Origin: Thermoanaerobaculaceae bacterium
GTDB lineage: Bacteria > Acidobacteriota > Thermoanaerobaculia > Multivoradales > UBA5704
Direction: 5' to 3'
Assembly: GCA_963778565.1 (NCBI GenBank)
Contig: CAVZUZ010000012.1
Location: 304,578-368,577 of the forward strand
Length of the DNA: 64,000 nucleotides
How positions within the stretch are numbered: position 1 is the first letter of the stretch; each line of letters begins with the position of its first letter. Below, piece by piece: positions 47,916 to 58,328 of this stretch. Below the pieces are notes generated by a model, which saw nothing but the letters and a program-made list of their open reading frames with translations, did no database searches and was not told the origin of the DNA. The translations under genes were made by a program, and so were the position numbers.

Positions 47916-50422
47916 AAGCAAGAGGCAAGAACCACCGCAAGGGTCATCATCGTTCGTCGGGCCGGTCCTCGGGAAAACCGCCGCGCTGGCTGGTCCTGGG
48001 CGCCCTGGCTTCCACGGCCATGAGCGGCGGCGTCGCCACCAAGGCCTACGCGCAGGAGCCCGCCGGGAACTGCCTCCCGCCGCGAGCTCATCGCCCAGGT
48101 GCTGCCGGCCGCGCACCATCTGTCGCTCGATGCGGCGGCGGGTCCGACGCAGACGGCCCACCGTTTCGACATTCCTCCCGGTCCTCTGAGCGAGACGCTG
48201 GCGGCTTTCGAAGGCGCGGCCGGAGTGACGGTGGAGGTCCCACCCGATGCGGTCCGCGGCGTCAGCTCGCCGGGCGTCTCGGGGCTCTTCACGATCGAGC
48301 GGGCGCTTCAGGAGCTGCTCGCGGGAACCGGATTCACATTCCGTTTCACCGGTTCGCGGACGGTGGCGATCGAGCTGACGGTGATCTCGGAGACGCTCGA
48401 CGTGACGGAGCGCGTCGCCGCCTCGTCGCCGAAGTACACCGAGCCGCTGCGCGACACACCGCAGACTCTCACCGTGATCCCGCAGGCCTTGATCGAGGAG
48501 CGGGCGCCACGACGCTGCGGGACGTGCTGCGCAACGTCACCGGCATCAGCATCCAGGCCGGCGAAGGCGGCGGCGGCCTGCCCGGCGACAACCTGGCGAT
48601 CCGCGGCTTTGCCGCCCGCAACGACATCTTCGTCGACGGCGTGCGCGACTTCGGCGCCTACTCGCGGGATCCGTTCAACATCGAGCAGGTGGAGGTGACG
48701 AAGGGGCCGGCGTCGCTCTTCGCCGGCCGCGGCTCGACCGGCGGCTCGTTGAACCTGGCGAGCAAGGCGCCGCGCCTCGAGGCGGAAAACAACGCGACCT
48801 TCGGCGCCGGCACGGACAACTACGGGCGCGCCACGGTCGACATCAATCAACCGGTCGCCGACTTCGGGATCGAAGGCACCGCCTTCCGCATCAACGCCAT
48901 GTGGACCCGCGCCGACACGCCCGGCCGCGACGAGGTCGAGAACGAGCGCTGGGGCGTCGCCCCGACGGTCGCCTTCGGCCTCGGCACGCCGACGCGGGTG
49001 ACGCTCAGCTACTCCCATCTCGAGCAGGACAACCAGCCGGACTACGGCATGCCCTGGGTGCCGGCCACCAACGTTCCGCTCTCCCGGTTCGCCGACCAGC
49101 CGGCGCCGGTGGACTTCGACAACTTCTACGGTCTGACGACCGCGACTACGAGAAGACCTCCACGGGTATCTCCACGGCCGAGGTGGTCCACGATTTCAAC
49201 GAGGCGCTCACGCTGCGCAGCGTGGTCCGCTACGGCCGGGCATCGCGCGACTCGATCATCACCGCCCCGCGCTTCGTCAGCGACAGCAGCACCGAGCATC
49301 AACCACCAGCTCCAGTCGCGGGACCTGACCGATACCATCCTGGCGCAACAGAACGATCTGACGTTCCGCTTCGACACCGGCGCCGTCGTGCACGACGTGA
49401 TCGCCGGCATCGAGATCGCCCGGGAGACGTCGGAAAACCGCAACCGCACCGGCCCGGTCGCAACGCCCACCGACCTCTTCAACCCCGATCCTGACGTTGC
49501 CTATCCCGGTCCGATCACTCATACCGGCGCGCGCACCGAGAGCACGGCGAGGACCGCGGCGCTCTATGCCACCGACACCGTGAAGCTCGGCGAGCAATGG
49601 CAGGTGAGCGCCGGGCTGCGCTGGGACAGCTTCGACGTCGATTTCGATTCCGTCGCCGTCGGCGGAGCCGTCACCCCCTTCGAACGCACCGACGAGATGC
49701 TGAGCTGTCGGACGGGTGTGATCTACAAGCCGCGGGTCAACGGCAGCTTCTACGCTTCGGCCGGCACCTCGTTCAACCCGTCCGCCGAGGGCACCACGGG
49801 GCTGAGCCTGAGCGCCAGCACGGTCGATCTCGAGCCGGAGAAGAGCCGCGGCTACGAGGTCGGCACGAAATGGGACCTGTTCGGCAATCGCCTGGCCTTG
49901 AACGCGGCGCTCTTCCGCACCGAGAAGACCAACGCCCGGACTCCCGGCGTCAATCCCGGCGACCCGCCCACGGTCCTGCAGGGCGAGCAGCGCGTCGACG
50001 GCCTGGAGCTGGGGATTTCCGGCAACCTCACTCCGCGCTGGTACGTCGTTCCTCGGCTACACCTATCTGGACAGCGAGATTCTGCGACTCCAACACCCCG
50101 GCCGAGGTGGGGAAGGAGTTCGCCAACACGCCGGACCACTCGCTGAGCCTGTGGACCTCCTATCGTTTGCGGCGGAGCCTCGAGCTGGGCGCCGGTGCGC
50201 AGTACGTCGGCGACCGGTGGAACAACAACACCAACACGCGTCTGGCGCCGGACTATGTGCTCTTCGACGCCATGGCCGCCTACTACGGTGAACCAGCGCT
50301 TCACTCTGCGGCTCAACATCTACAACCTGGCCGACGAGCGCTACATCGACCGCGTCGGCGGCGGTCACTTCATTCCGGGTGCCGGACGCTCGGCGGCATT
50401 GACCACCAGCGTCAACTTCTGA
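47912..50422 (+). pseudogene. TonB-dependent siderophore-type receptor with STN domain, broken by at least 7 frameshifts
   Basis: Signal peptide, STN (FDIPPGPLSETLAAFEGAAGVTV), plug (TTLRDVLRNVTGISIQAGEGGGG, IRGF, DPFNIEQVEVTKGPAS) and C-terminal LNIYNLADERY...TTSVNF* are spread over ORFs 46709.., 48099.., 48901.., 49597.., 50195... Confidence 0.8.
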
Positions 50423-50438
50423 GCCGCGAGGAGAAACG

Positions 50439-51121
50439 ATGCTGCTCGCCATTCCCGACGTGCTGACCGCCGAGCAGGTGGCGCAAGCCCGGCAGGCCCT
50501 CGATCGCGCCGACTGGGTGGACGGCAAAGTCACCGCCGGCCACCAGTCGGCGCGGGCGAAGGACAACATGCAGCTTCCGGAGGACAGCCCGGCGGCGCGC
50601 GAGCTGGGCCAGATGATCCTCGCGGCGCTCCAGCGCAACCCGCTGTTCATCACCGCGGCCTTGCCGCTGCAGGTCTTTCCGCCGCTCTTCAACCGCTATC
50701 AGGGCGGCCAGTCGTTCGGCACCCACGTGGACAACGCCATCCGCCAGGTGACCGGCACGCCGCACCGCATCCGCACGGACCTCTCGGCGACGCTGTTCTT
50801 CAGCGGCCCGGACGAGTACGACGGCGGCGAGCTGGTGGTGGAGGACACCTACGGTCGTGCACGAGCGTCAAGCTTGCCGCCGGCCACCTGGTGCTCTACC
50901 CCTCGACCAGCCTCCACCACGTGCGCCCGGTGACGCGCGGCGCACGCATCTGCTCCTTCTTCTGGATCCAGAGCATGGTGCGCGACGACGGCGAGCGCAC
51001 CCTGCTGTTCGATCTCGACGCCGCCATCCAGACGATCAGCCGCGACGTGCCCGATCATCCGTCGGCCGTGCATTTGACGGGCATCTACCACAACCTGCTG
51101 CGGCGCTGGGCGGAGATGTGA
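50439..51121 (+). pseudogene. piuC: PiuC/YbiX-type Fe(II)/2-oxoglutarate-dependent hydroxylase, frameshifted near 50859-50866
   Basis: [17 protein letters not shown]....[22 protein letters not shown] in ORF 50439... [32 protein letters not shown] in ORF 50891... Confidence 0.75.
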
Positions 51122-51159
51122 GGGAGGAGCGCGGGAGGCTCTGATACATTTCTCCCGCG

Positions 51160-52239
51160 ATGGCCGCCAAAGGCAGCGTCTACATGCGTTGGTCCAAGGA
51201 CCACGCCGCGGCGCGCTACAACCTCGCCAACAGCGGCCTGCTGGGCTGCTCGACGGCGGAGCTCGTCCTGGAGCCCGGCGACGTGCAGGTGAACGGGCCG
51301 AATCGCGACGGCTATGCGCCGCTGATGGCGGCGATCGCGGCGCAGTACGGCGTGGGTCCCGAGCAGGTGGTCACGGCCCCGGGAGCTTCCGGCGCCAACT
51401 TCCTCGCCTTCGCCGCGCTGGTCGAGGCGGGCGACGAGGTGCTCGTCGAGCAGCCCACGTATGAGCCGATGCTGGCGGCCCTTTCCTTCCTCGGCGCCCG
51501 CATCCGCCGGTTCCAGCGCCGCTTCGAGGATGGATACCGCCTGGATCCGGACGAGATCCGTTCCCTGCTCACGGATCGGGTCCGCCTCGTCGTGCTGGCG
51601 AACCCGCACAACCCGAGCGGCGTCCTGCTGCCGCCGGAGGAGATCGCCGAGGTCGGGCGTCTCGCCGAAGGCGTGGGCGCTTACGTGCTGGTCGACGAGG
51701 TGTACCGCGACATCTGGTTCGAGGCGGCGCCGCCGAGCCACGTTCATCTGGGTCCCCGCTTCCTCGCCACCAGCAGCCTCACCAAGAGCTATGGCCTTTC
51801 CGGCCTGCGCTGCGGCTGGGTACTCTGCGCGCCGGATCTCGCGGAGCGCTTGCGGCGCACCAAGGACTTTATGGAGGCGGTGGATTCGGTGCCGAGCGAC
51901 ACCCTGGCCGTCGCGGCCTTTCGGCAGCTTCCGCGCCTCGCCGAGCGGTGCCGTGCCATCATGGAGCCCAACCTCGCGCAGATCCGCGCCTTTCTGGCCG
52001 AGCACGGGGAGTGGCTCGACTGCGTGACTCCCGGGCGCGCCATGATGGTTTTCCCGCACCTCAGGAAGGAAGAGGACAGTGAAGCGCTCCACGACTGGCT
52101 GCGCACCCGCGAGACCTCGATCGTGCCGGGGAAGTTCTTCGAATCGCCGCGGCACTTCCGGCTCGGTTTCGCGGTCCGGCCGGAGGACGTGGCGGCGGGG
52201 CTATGGCACCTCTCGGAGGGTTTGCGAAGATTGGGTTGA
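51160..52239 (+). CDS. PLP-dependent aminotransferase, class I/II
   Basis: LANPHNPSG, VLVDEVY, SLTKSYGLSGLRCGW (PLP lysine). Confidence 0.82.
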   Translation: MAAKGSVYMRWSKDHAAARYNLANSGLLGCSTAELVLEPGDVQVNGPNRDGYAPLMAAIAAQYGVGPEQVVTAPGASGANFLAFAALVEAGDEVLVEQPTYEPMLAALSFLGARIRRFQRRFEDGYRLDPDEIRSLLTDRVRLVVLANPHNPSGVLLPPEEIAEVGRLAEGVGAYVLVDEVYRDIWFEAAPPSHVHLGPRFLATSSLTKSYGLSGLRCGWVLCAPDLAERLRRTKDFMEAVDSVPSDTLAVAAFRQLPRLAERCRAIMEPNLAQIRAFLAEHGEWLDCVTPGRAMMVFPHLRKEEDSEALHDWLRTRETSIVPGKFFESPRHFRLGFAVRPEDVAAGLWHLSEGLRRLG

Positions 52240-52310
52240 GAACGGCGTCCCGGTATCGTCCCCCCTTTTCACTTTGAGTTAAACGACCAGATCGCTTAGG
52301 AGACTCCCCG

Positions 52311-53684
52311 ATGACGATCCTGGCATATTCTTCTTCGTCGATGGCCATCCAAGAGACCCGCCTCGACCTGGCGGCGATCGTCAAGGACGCCGGTCCGCAA
52401 GGCTGGAGCCGCGTCTCCGGCATGGCCGATGGCCTCATCGGCTCGGAGATCCTGCGCATCGCGAGCGAGATCCGGGCCTTGGTGGCCAGCGGCCGGCCGG
52501 TCTGCAACCTGACGGTGGGCGACTTCGATCCGCGGCTGTTCCCCATTCCCTCCGGGCTCGCCGCGGCCCTGTACGCCGCACTGGAGCGCGGCGAGACGAA
52601 CTATCCGCCGGCCAACGGCATCGGCGAGCTGCGGCAGGCGGTGGCGAGGTTCTACGAGCGGGAGCTGGGTCTGCGCTATCCGCTCGAGTCGGTGCTCATC
52701 GTGGGCGGCGCCCGGCCGGTCATCTACTGCGCCTTCCGGACGCTGTGCGATCCGGGCGACCGCGTGATCTACCCGGTGCCGAGCTGGAACAACAACCACT
52801 ATGTCCACATGGTGGGCGGCGAAGGTGTGCCGGTGGTATGCGCTCCGGAGCGGCTGTTCCTGCCGACCCGCGAAGACCTGCTCCCCTTGCTGCCGGGAGC
52901 CCGCCTGCTCTGCCTCAACTCTCCCCTCAATCCTTCCGGCACGGCCTTTACGCGGGAGGCCCTGCTGGGGATCTGCGAGGCGGTCCTGGAGGAGAACGAG
53001 GTCCGCGCCCGCCGCGGCGAGCGCCCGCTCTTCGTCCTCTACGACCACATCTACTGGCTGCTCTGTTTCGGCGACGTCACCCACGTGACGCCGCCGGAGC
53101 TGCTGCCGGAGATGGCGCGCTATACCGTCTTCGTGGACGGCATCAGCAAGGGTTTCGCCGCCACCGGGCTGCGCCTGGGCTGGGGAGTCGGACCCGTGGA
53201 CGTCATCTCCCGCATGTCGGCCGTGCTGGGCCACGTCGGCGCCTGGGCGCCGCGGGCCGAGCAGATCGCCACCGTGGCGCTGCTCGACGACGCGGCGGGC
53301 ATTCGCGAGTTCCAGGAGGGCTTCAAGCGGCAGCTCCAGGAGCGGCTGGACCTGCTGCACGGCGGTCTGCAGGCGATGAAGGAGCGCGGCCTGCCGGTGG
53401 ACAGCATCCCGCCCATGGGTGCCATCTATCTCACCGCCCGCATCCATCCTTTCGGCCGGCGCGCTCCCGGCGGGGCGGAGCTGCGCACCAACGACGACGT
53501 GCGCCGCTACGTGCTGGAGGCCGCCGGCATCGGCGTCGTCCCCTTCCAGGCCTTCGGCTCGACCGAGGACGAGGGCTGGTTCCGCCTCAGCGTCGGCGCC
53601 GTCTCGCCGGCCGACATCACGGCCGCCCTGCCGCGGCTGGAGGAGGCGCTGCGGCGGCTGACCTCACCCCAACCCCTCTCCTAA
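52311..53684 (+). CDS. PLP-dependent aminotransferase, class I/II (aspartate aminotransferase-like); last 8 codons and the stop lie in repeat A5
   Basis: NYPPANG, LNSPLNPSG, VLYDHIY, DGISKGFAATGLRLGW (PLP lysine). C-terminus ...RRLTSPQPLS*. Confidence 0.82.
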   Translation: MTILAYSSSSMAIQETRLDLAAIVKDAGPQGWSRVSGMADGLIGSEILRIASEIRALVASGRPVCNLTVGDFDPRLFPIPSGLAAALYAALERGETNYPPANGIGELRQAVARFYERELGLRYPLESVLIVGGARPVIYCAFRTLCDPGDRVIYPVPSWNNNHYVHMVGGEGVPVVCAPERLFLPTREDLLPLLPGARLLCLNSPLNPSGTAFTREALLGICEAVLEENEVRARRGERPLFVLYDHIYWLLCFGDVTHVTPPELLPEMARYTVFVDGISKGFAATGLRLGWGVGPVDVISRMSAVLGHVGAWAPRAEQIATVALLDDAAGIREFQEGFKRQLQERLDLLHGGLQAMKERGLPVDSIPPMGAIYLTARIHPFGRRAPGGAELRTNDDVRRYVLEAAGIGVVPFQAFGSTEDEGWFRLSVGAVSPADITAALPRLEEALRRLTSPQPLS

Positions 53685-53753
53685 AGGAGAGGGGCTTGAA
53701 ACAGAGAGACCGTTTTTCTCCCCTCTCCTTCAGGAGAGGGGCCGGGGGTGAGG
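53662..53753. repeat. Family A repeat, short copy A5
   Basis: cctcaccccaacccctctcctaaaggagagggg ... cccctctccttcaggagaggggccgggggtgagg. Confidence 0.85.
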
Positions 53754-53782
53754 TCGAGCGGGCACAGGGCTGAGCACTTCCC

Positions 53783-54931
53783 TCAAGTACCGGCCGGCGG
53801 CGTCCGGCTCTCCGGCACCTTGAAACCGAGATAGGTTCCCGAGCTGATGCCCATCAGGCCGAGGAGCGTGGTGCTGAACTGCGGCATCTGCAGGCCGTGA
53901 TAGACCGAGGAGATGAAGATCGCCCCCAGCACCCACGTCCAGGCGAAGAGCTGAAAGCGGTAGAGGCTGATCCCGCCGTCGTCGGAGAGGACGTCCTTGA
54001 GGAAGCCCTGCGAGACCTTGGCCTCGGGCGGCGGAGGAGCGGCGGCCGGCTGCGGCGGCTCGCCGCCGGCCGCGGCGGTCTGCTTGCCCGAATCGATGAG
54101 GCTGGCCCCGAGCGCCGTGGCCGAGCCGATGCCGAGCAGCGCCAGCACCGAGCCGGTGATGGTGTCGAGCTCCCGCGTAATCATCCAGATGAAAACGTAC
54201 GCCGCGATGACGAGGAACGACCAGAACGCCATCTGGAAACGCGCCAGGCTGTAGGGAGCCTGCTTTCCCGCCGGCGGCTTTACGGTGCTGTCGCGCAGCA
54301 GCGCGGTGCGCATGGAAAGCCGCAGCAGCAGAAGGAGAAAGATGCCGAGCCCGGCGAAGTAGGCGTAGAGCTTGACTTGCGGCAGGACGATGAGCTCGAA
54401 CCTGTCGACCTTCGTGGGGAAGGAGAGGTCTCCTTCCGGACCGACGCTGACCGAGATCAGCTTGTGGAAGGCGATGGGCTCCTCCAGCAGGATGTGCCAG
54501 GCCTTGTCCGACTCGTCCGTGCGATCGAGTGTGAAATGGACCTCGCCGGTACCGGTGCCGTCGCCCAGGCTGCAGGAGTCCGGCGGCACTCCCTTGATCG
54601 GGATCTCGTTGAGGAACAGGATCAAGCTCTCGCAGCCGTGGCTGAGCTTCTCCAAGATCGCCGGTTTCATGCCCTGCACCGTGACCATGAGACCGTCCCC
54701 CAGACCGGCCCGGTTCCGGTGGTCGACCTCGCTCGACTCGACCTTGATGACCCACGGCAGCGGGTCCGAGGGTTGATCGGCGGGTGAAGCCGGCGATTCG
54801 GTCGCCGGTCCGCCTCCCCCCGCCTGCGGCGCAGGTTCCAGCTGCGCCGCGAGGGGGCGGGCGCCGAGCAGCGCGAGAACGCAGACTCCGAACGAAAGAA
54901 ACCGGCAGCGGACGAACGTGCTCCCCGCCAT
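53783..54931 (-). CDS. Hypothetical integral membrane protein with N-terminal exported domain
   Basis: Signal-like FLSFGVCVLALLGARPLAA, then 4-5 hydrophobic helices in the C-terminal half. GGAGGG before ATG 54931. Confidence 0.55.
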   Translation of the reverse strand: MAGSTFVRCRFLSFGVCVLALLGARPLAAQLEPAPQAGGGGPATESPASPADQPSDPLPWVIKVESSEVDHRNRAGLGDGLMVTVQGMKPAILEKLSHGCESLILFLNEIPIKGVPPDSCSLGDGTGTGEVHFTLDRTDESDKAWHILLEEPIAFHKLISVSVGPEGDLSFPTKVDRFELIVLPQVKLYAYFAGLGIFLLLLLRLSMRTALLRDSTVKPPAGKQAPYSLARFQMAFWSFLVIAAYVFIWMITRELDTITGSVLALLGIGSATALGASLIDSGKQTAAAGGEPPQPAAAPPPPEAKVSQGFLKDVLSDDGGISLYRFQLFAWTWVLGAIFISSVYHGLQMPQFSTTLLGLMGISSGTYLGFKVPESRTPPAGT

Positions 54932-55078
54932 GGCATCCCTCCGGTCAGCTTGTACGGCGCATCCCGCCTCCCGATCGCCGCAAGCCGGTGACAGACAGCT
55001 TTGTTGAGAGCTGAATGGTAGCACGGGGCGAGACGGGGCCGAGCACGACGGGAGCGGGCCGAACGGGTTTCAGCCGCC

Positions 55079-55492
55079 CTAATTCTTCCCGTACAGCTTG
55101 ACCGTCGCCTGCTTGCCGGTCAGCGACTGCGCGTCGTACCAGAGCTCCACGCTGCGCACCACGCGGTCACCGCGGCCGCGGATGTCGATGACCCGGGATT
55201 CGCCGCCGGCGGGGATCACCTTGCGGATGGTGACGTCCTGCGTCGTGCCGTTGGCGAAGTGGACTTTGACGTCGCGGAACTGCACGGCGCGGTCTTCCAC
55301 CTGGATCTTGAGCGCGCGGAAGGTCCCCCGCGCCGCCGTCACCGGGATGACGTCGTGATCGGCCCTGTCGGTGACCGACCGCTGACCCAGGAGCTCCCAG
55401 CGTCCGGGCCGGCCCGCCGCGGCGCAGGCCGGCAGGAGGGTCTGGATCAGCACGAGAAGCGTCAATATCGAGAAAGCGGATTTGGTTTTCAT
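55079..55492 (-). CDS. Small secreted protein, DUF2541/YaaI-like
   Basis: Signal peptide MKTKSAFSILTLLVLIQTLLPACAAA, then WELLGQRSV....DHDVIPV.....F.A.K..V....V.F.DV.V.F.NG. Family name from memory. Confidence 0.55.
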   Translation of the reverse strand: MKTKSAFSILTLLVLIQTLLPACAAAGRPGRWELLGQRSVTDRADHDVIPVTAARGTFRALKIQVEDRAVQFRDVKVHFANGTTQDVTIRKVIPAGGESRVIDIRGRGDRVVRSVELWYDAQSLTGKQATVKLYGKN

Positions 55493-55608
55493 GAGCGTTT
55501 TCCTTTCATGGTCCGTCCTGCGTTGCCTGGAACACACCAGCCGCGTGGTTCCTGCGGTTCCTGCAGCGGGACGTGCGCGGGGGGAGCGTAGGGCTGTAGA
55601 CTTCGCGC

Positions 55609-56547
55609 ATGCGCATCCTGGTAGCCCTGGGCGGCAACGCCCTGCTGCGCCGCGGCGAGGAGATGACCGCGGAGAACCAGCGCAGGAACGTCCGCATCGC
55701 CGCCGAGGCGCTGGCGCCGCTCACCCGCGAGCATCAGCTCGTGATCTCGCACGGCAACGGCCCGCAAGTGGGACTGCTGGCGCTGCAGGGCGCGGCCTAC
55801 GAGAAGGTGGGAGCTTATCCTCTCGACGTGCTCGGCGCTCAGACGGAGGGGATGATCGGCTACATGATCGAACAGGAGCTCGGCAATATTCTGCCGTTCG
55901 AGCAGCCGCTCGCCACCATCCTCTCGATGGTGGAGGTCGATCCGGACGATCCGGCCTTTCAGAACCCCACCAAGCCGATCGGCCCGGTCTACTCGGAGGA
56001 GGAGGCCCGCCGGCTGGCCGCGGAGAAGGGCTGGACCATGATGCCGGACGGCGACGGCTTCCGGCGGGCCGTGCCGTCGCCGCTGCCGAAGCGCATCTTC
56101 CAGATCCGCCCCGTCCGCTGGCTGCTCGAAAAAGGCTGCATCGTCATCTGCGCCGGCGGCGGCGGCATACCGACGATGTACCGCCCGGGCCGCAAGCTCC
56201 AAGGCGCCGAGGCCGTGGTGGACAAGGACCGCGCGGGCGCCCTGCTCGCCCGCGAGCTGGAGGCCGATCTCTTCATCATGGCGACCGACGCCGACGCCGT
56301 CTATCTCGACTGGGGCAAGCCGACGCAGCGGGCCATCCGCCGCGCCTCGCCGCGGGCGCTCGCCGCCTGGTCCTTCGCCGGCGGCTCCATGGGACCGAAA
56401 GTGGAGGCGGCCGGCGACTTCGTCGAGCGCACCGGCAAGACCGCAGCCATCGGCGCGCTCGCCGATCTCGTGCGGATCGCCAGCGGCGAGGCCGGCACGC
56501 AGGTGACGGCCGAGGCGGGGGAGGTGGAGCTGTGGGGGGACAGTTGA
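55609..56547 (+). CDS. arcC: Carbamate kinase
   Basis: [63 protein letters not shown]...TD. Confidence 0.9.
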   Translation: MRILVALGGNALLRRGEEMTAENQRRNVRIAAEALAPLTREHQLVISHGNGPQVGLLALQGAAYEKVGAYPLDVLGAQTEGMIGYMIEQELGNILPFEQPLATILSMVEVDPDDPAFQNPTKPIGPVYSEEEARRLAAEKGWTMMPDGDGFRRAVPSPLPKRIFQIRPVRWLLEKGCIVICAGGGGIPTMYRPGRKLQGAEAVVDKDRAGALLARELEADLFIMATDADAVYLDWGKPTQRAIRRASPRALAAWSFAGGSMGPKVEAAGDFVERTGKTAAIGALADLVRIASGEAGTQVTAEAGEVELWGDS

Positions 56548-56573
56548 TTCTCCCACCGGCGTGCCCGCGAAAG

Positions 56574-56718
56574 CCCTCATCACCCCGGCCCTCTTCTCCC
56601 AGCCTCCCCCCAGCCGCCGGGAGAAGAGGGAGAACGGAAAGGAAACTGCTCTTCAAGCCCCCTCTCTCCCGGAGGTTCGGGGGGGAGGCTGGGAGAGAGG
56701 GGGTTGGGGGAGTGAGGG
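56574..56718. repeat. Family A repeat, copy A6
   Basis: ccctcatcaccccggccctcttctccc ... ccgggagaagaggg ... ccccctctctcccgg ... ggctgggagagagggggttgggggagtgaggg. Closest in layout to A1. Confidence 0.85.
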
Positions 56719-56773
56719 CTTCGGAGGGCATACCGCTCGATTCGGGTACCATGGGTTTCGGAGGAGGCCCACC

Positions 56774-58315
56774 ATGAGCACCGAAACCCAGCTTTCCGGA
56801 CCCGACCTATCCCAAGGCGTACCGCTGACAGATCTGGGCGACAGCGGCCAGCTTCTCGGCCACTCGGGCGGCGAGGCGGTTCTCGTCGTCCGCCGCGGCG
56901 AGGAGATCTTCGCCATCGGCGCCAACTGCACCCACTACGGCGGGCCGCTCGCCGAAGGGCTCGTGGTGGACGACACGGTCCGCTGTCCGTGGCACCACAC
57001 CTGCTTCAGCCTGCGCACCGGCGAGGCCTTGCGGGCGCCCGCCCTGAATCCGGTGGCCTGCTACAAGGTGGAGCGCGAGGGAGACCGCATCGCCGTCCGC
57101 GAGAAGCTCGCGCCGGCGCAGCCTGAGGAGGCGGCGGGGCCGGATTCCGTCGTCATCGTGGGCGCCGGCGCGGCGGGCAACGCCGCGGCCGAGATGCTCC
57201 GCCGCGAGGGCTACGGCGGACCGATCCGGCTCATCGGTCCCGAGCCGGACGTGCCGTACGACCGGCCCAATCTCTCCAAGGACTACCTCGCCGGCAACGC
57301 TCCCGAGGAATGGATCCCGCTACGCCCGCGCGAGTTCTACGAGGAGCAGCGGATCGAGCTGCTGCTCGGCGTGGCGGTGAAGGCCGTCGAGCCGGCGGCG
57401 AAGCGCGTGGTGCTCGATGACGGCCGCGCTGTGCCTTACGGCGCGCTGCTTCTCGCCACCGGCGCCGAGCCGGTGCGCCTGCCGCTGCCGGGCGGCGACC
57501 TGCCGCACGTCCATTACCTGCGCAGCCTGGCCGACAGCCGGGCGATCATCGAGAAGACGAAAGGCGCCCGGCGCGCGGTGGTGGTGGGAGCGAGCTTCAT
57601 CGGCCTCGAGGTCGCCGCCTCGCTGCGGGCGCGCGAGATCGCGGTGACCGTGGTCGCGCCGGACGAGCGGCCGCTCGCCAAGGTGATGGGTCCGGAGCTG
57701 GGCGATTTCATCCGCGGCGTGCACGAGGAGCACGGGGTCGAATTCCGGCTCGGGACCAAGCCCAAGGCCTTCACCGGGAGTGCGGTCGAGCTGGAGAGCG
57801 GCGGGTCGCTGCCGGCCGACCTGGTCGTCGTCGGCGTCGGAGTCCGTCCCAGGGTCGCGCTGGCGGAACAGGCGGGGCTCGACGTCGACAACGGCGTGCT
57901 GGTCGACGAGTACCTGGAGACGAGCGTTCCCGGCATTTTCGCGGCGGGCGACATCGCGCGCTGGCCCGACCCGCGCTCCGGCGAACGGATCCGCGTCGAG
58001 CACTGGGTCGTCGCCGAGCGCCAGGGGCAGACGGCCGCGAGGAATATCCTCAACCGGCGCGAGCGCTTCGACGCCGTCCCCTTTTTCTGGAGCCAGCACT
58101 ACGACGTCGTGATCTCCTACGTCGGCCACGCGGCGAAGTGGGACGCGATCGAGGTCTCCGGCTCGCTCGCCGACAAGAACGCGACCGTCGCCTTCCGCAC
58201 CGGCGACCGGATCGCCGCCGTCGCCACCGTCTTCCGCGACCGCGAGAGCCTGGAGGCCGAGGTGGCCATGGAACGGGGCGACGAGGCGGCGCTCGAAGCG
58301 GTGGTGAAGCGGTAG
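56774..58315 (+). CDS. Rieske [2Fe-2S] domain fused to an FAD-dependent pyridine nucleotide-disulfide oxidoreductase (ferredoxin reductase/AIF-like)
   Basis: CTHYGGPL...CPWHHTCF (Rieske CxH...CxxH), VVIVGAGAAG, VVVGASFIGLE, AAGDIA. GAGGAGG before ATG 56774. Confidence 0.88.
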   Translation: MSTETQLSGPDLSQGVPLTDLGDSGQLLGHSGGEAVLVVRRGEEIFAIGANCTHYGGPLAEGLVVDDTVRCPWHHTCFSLRTGEALRAPALNPVACYKVEREGDRIAVREKLAPAQPEEAAGPDSVVIVGAGAAGNAAAEMLRREGYGGPIRLIGPEPDVPYDRPNLSKDYLAGNAPEEWIPLRPREFYEEQRIELLLGVAVKAVEPAAKRVVLDDGRAVPYGALLLATGAEPVRLPLPGGDLPHVHYLRSLADSRAIIEKTKGARRAVVVGASFIGLEVAASLRAREIAVTVVAPDERPLAKVMGPELGDFIRGVHEEHGVEFRLGTKPKAFTGSAVELESGGSLPADLVVVGVGVRPRVALAEQAGLDVDNGVLVDEYLETSVPGIFAAGDIARWPDPRSGERIRVEHWVVAERQGQTAARNILNRRERFDAVPFFWSQHYDVVISYVGHAAKWDAIEVSGSLADKNATVAFRTGDRIAAVATVFRDRESLEAEVAMERGDEAALEAVVKR

Positions 58316-58328
58316 CGCCGGGGAGGTC

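Noticed and set aside
46709-50146. The 1145-codon ORF as a single giant protein.
   Set aside because: Its translation alternates between recognisable PepSY/TonB-receptor segments and R/G/A/P-rich nonsense. The missing receptor segments are found in the other two frames. It is an artefact of stop-poor off-frames in GC-rich DNA.
55609-56547. Carbamate kinase as part of an arginine deiminase operon.
   Set aside because: No arcA, arcB or arcD is adjacent. The gene stands alone between unrelated genes, so no pathway claim was made.
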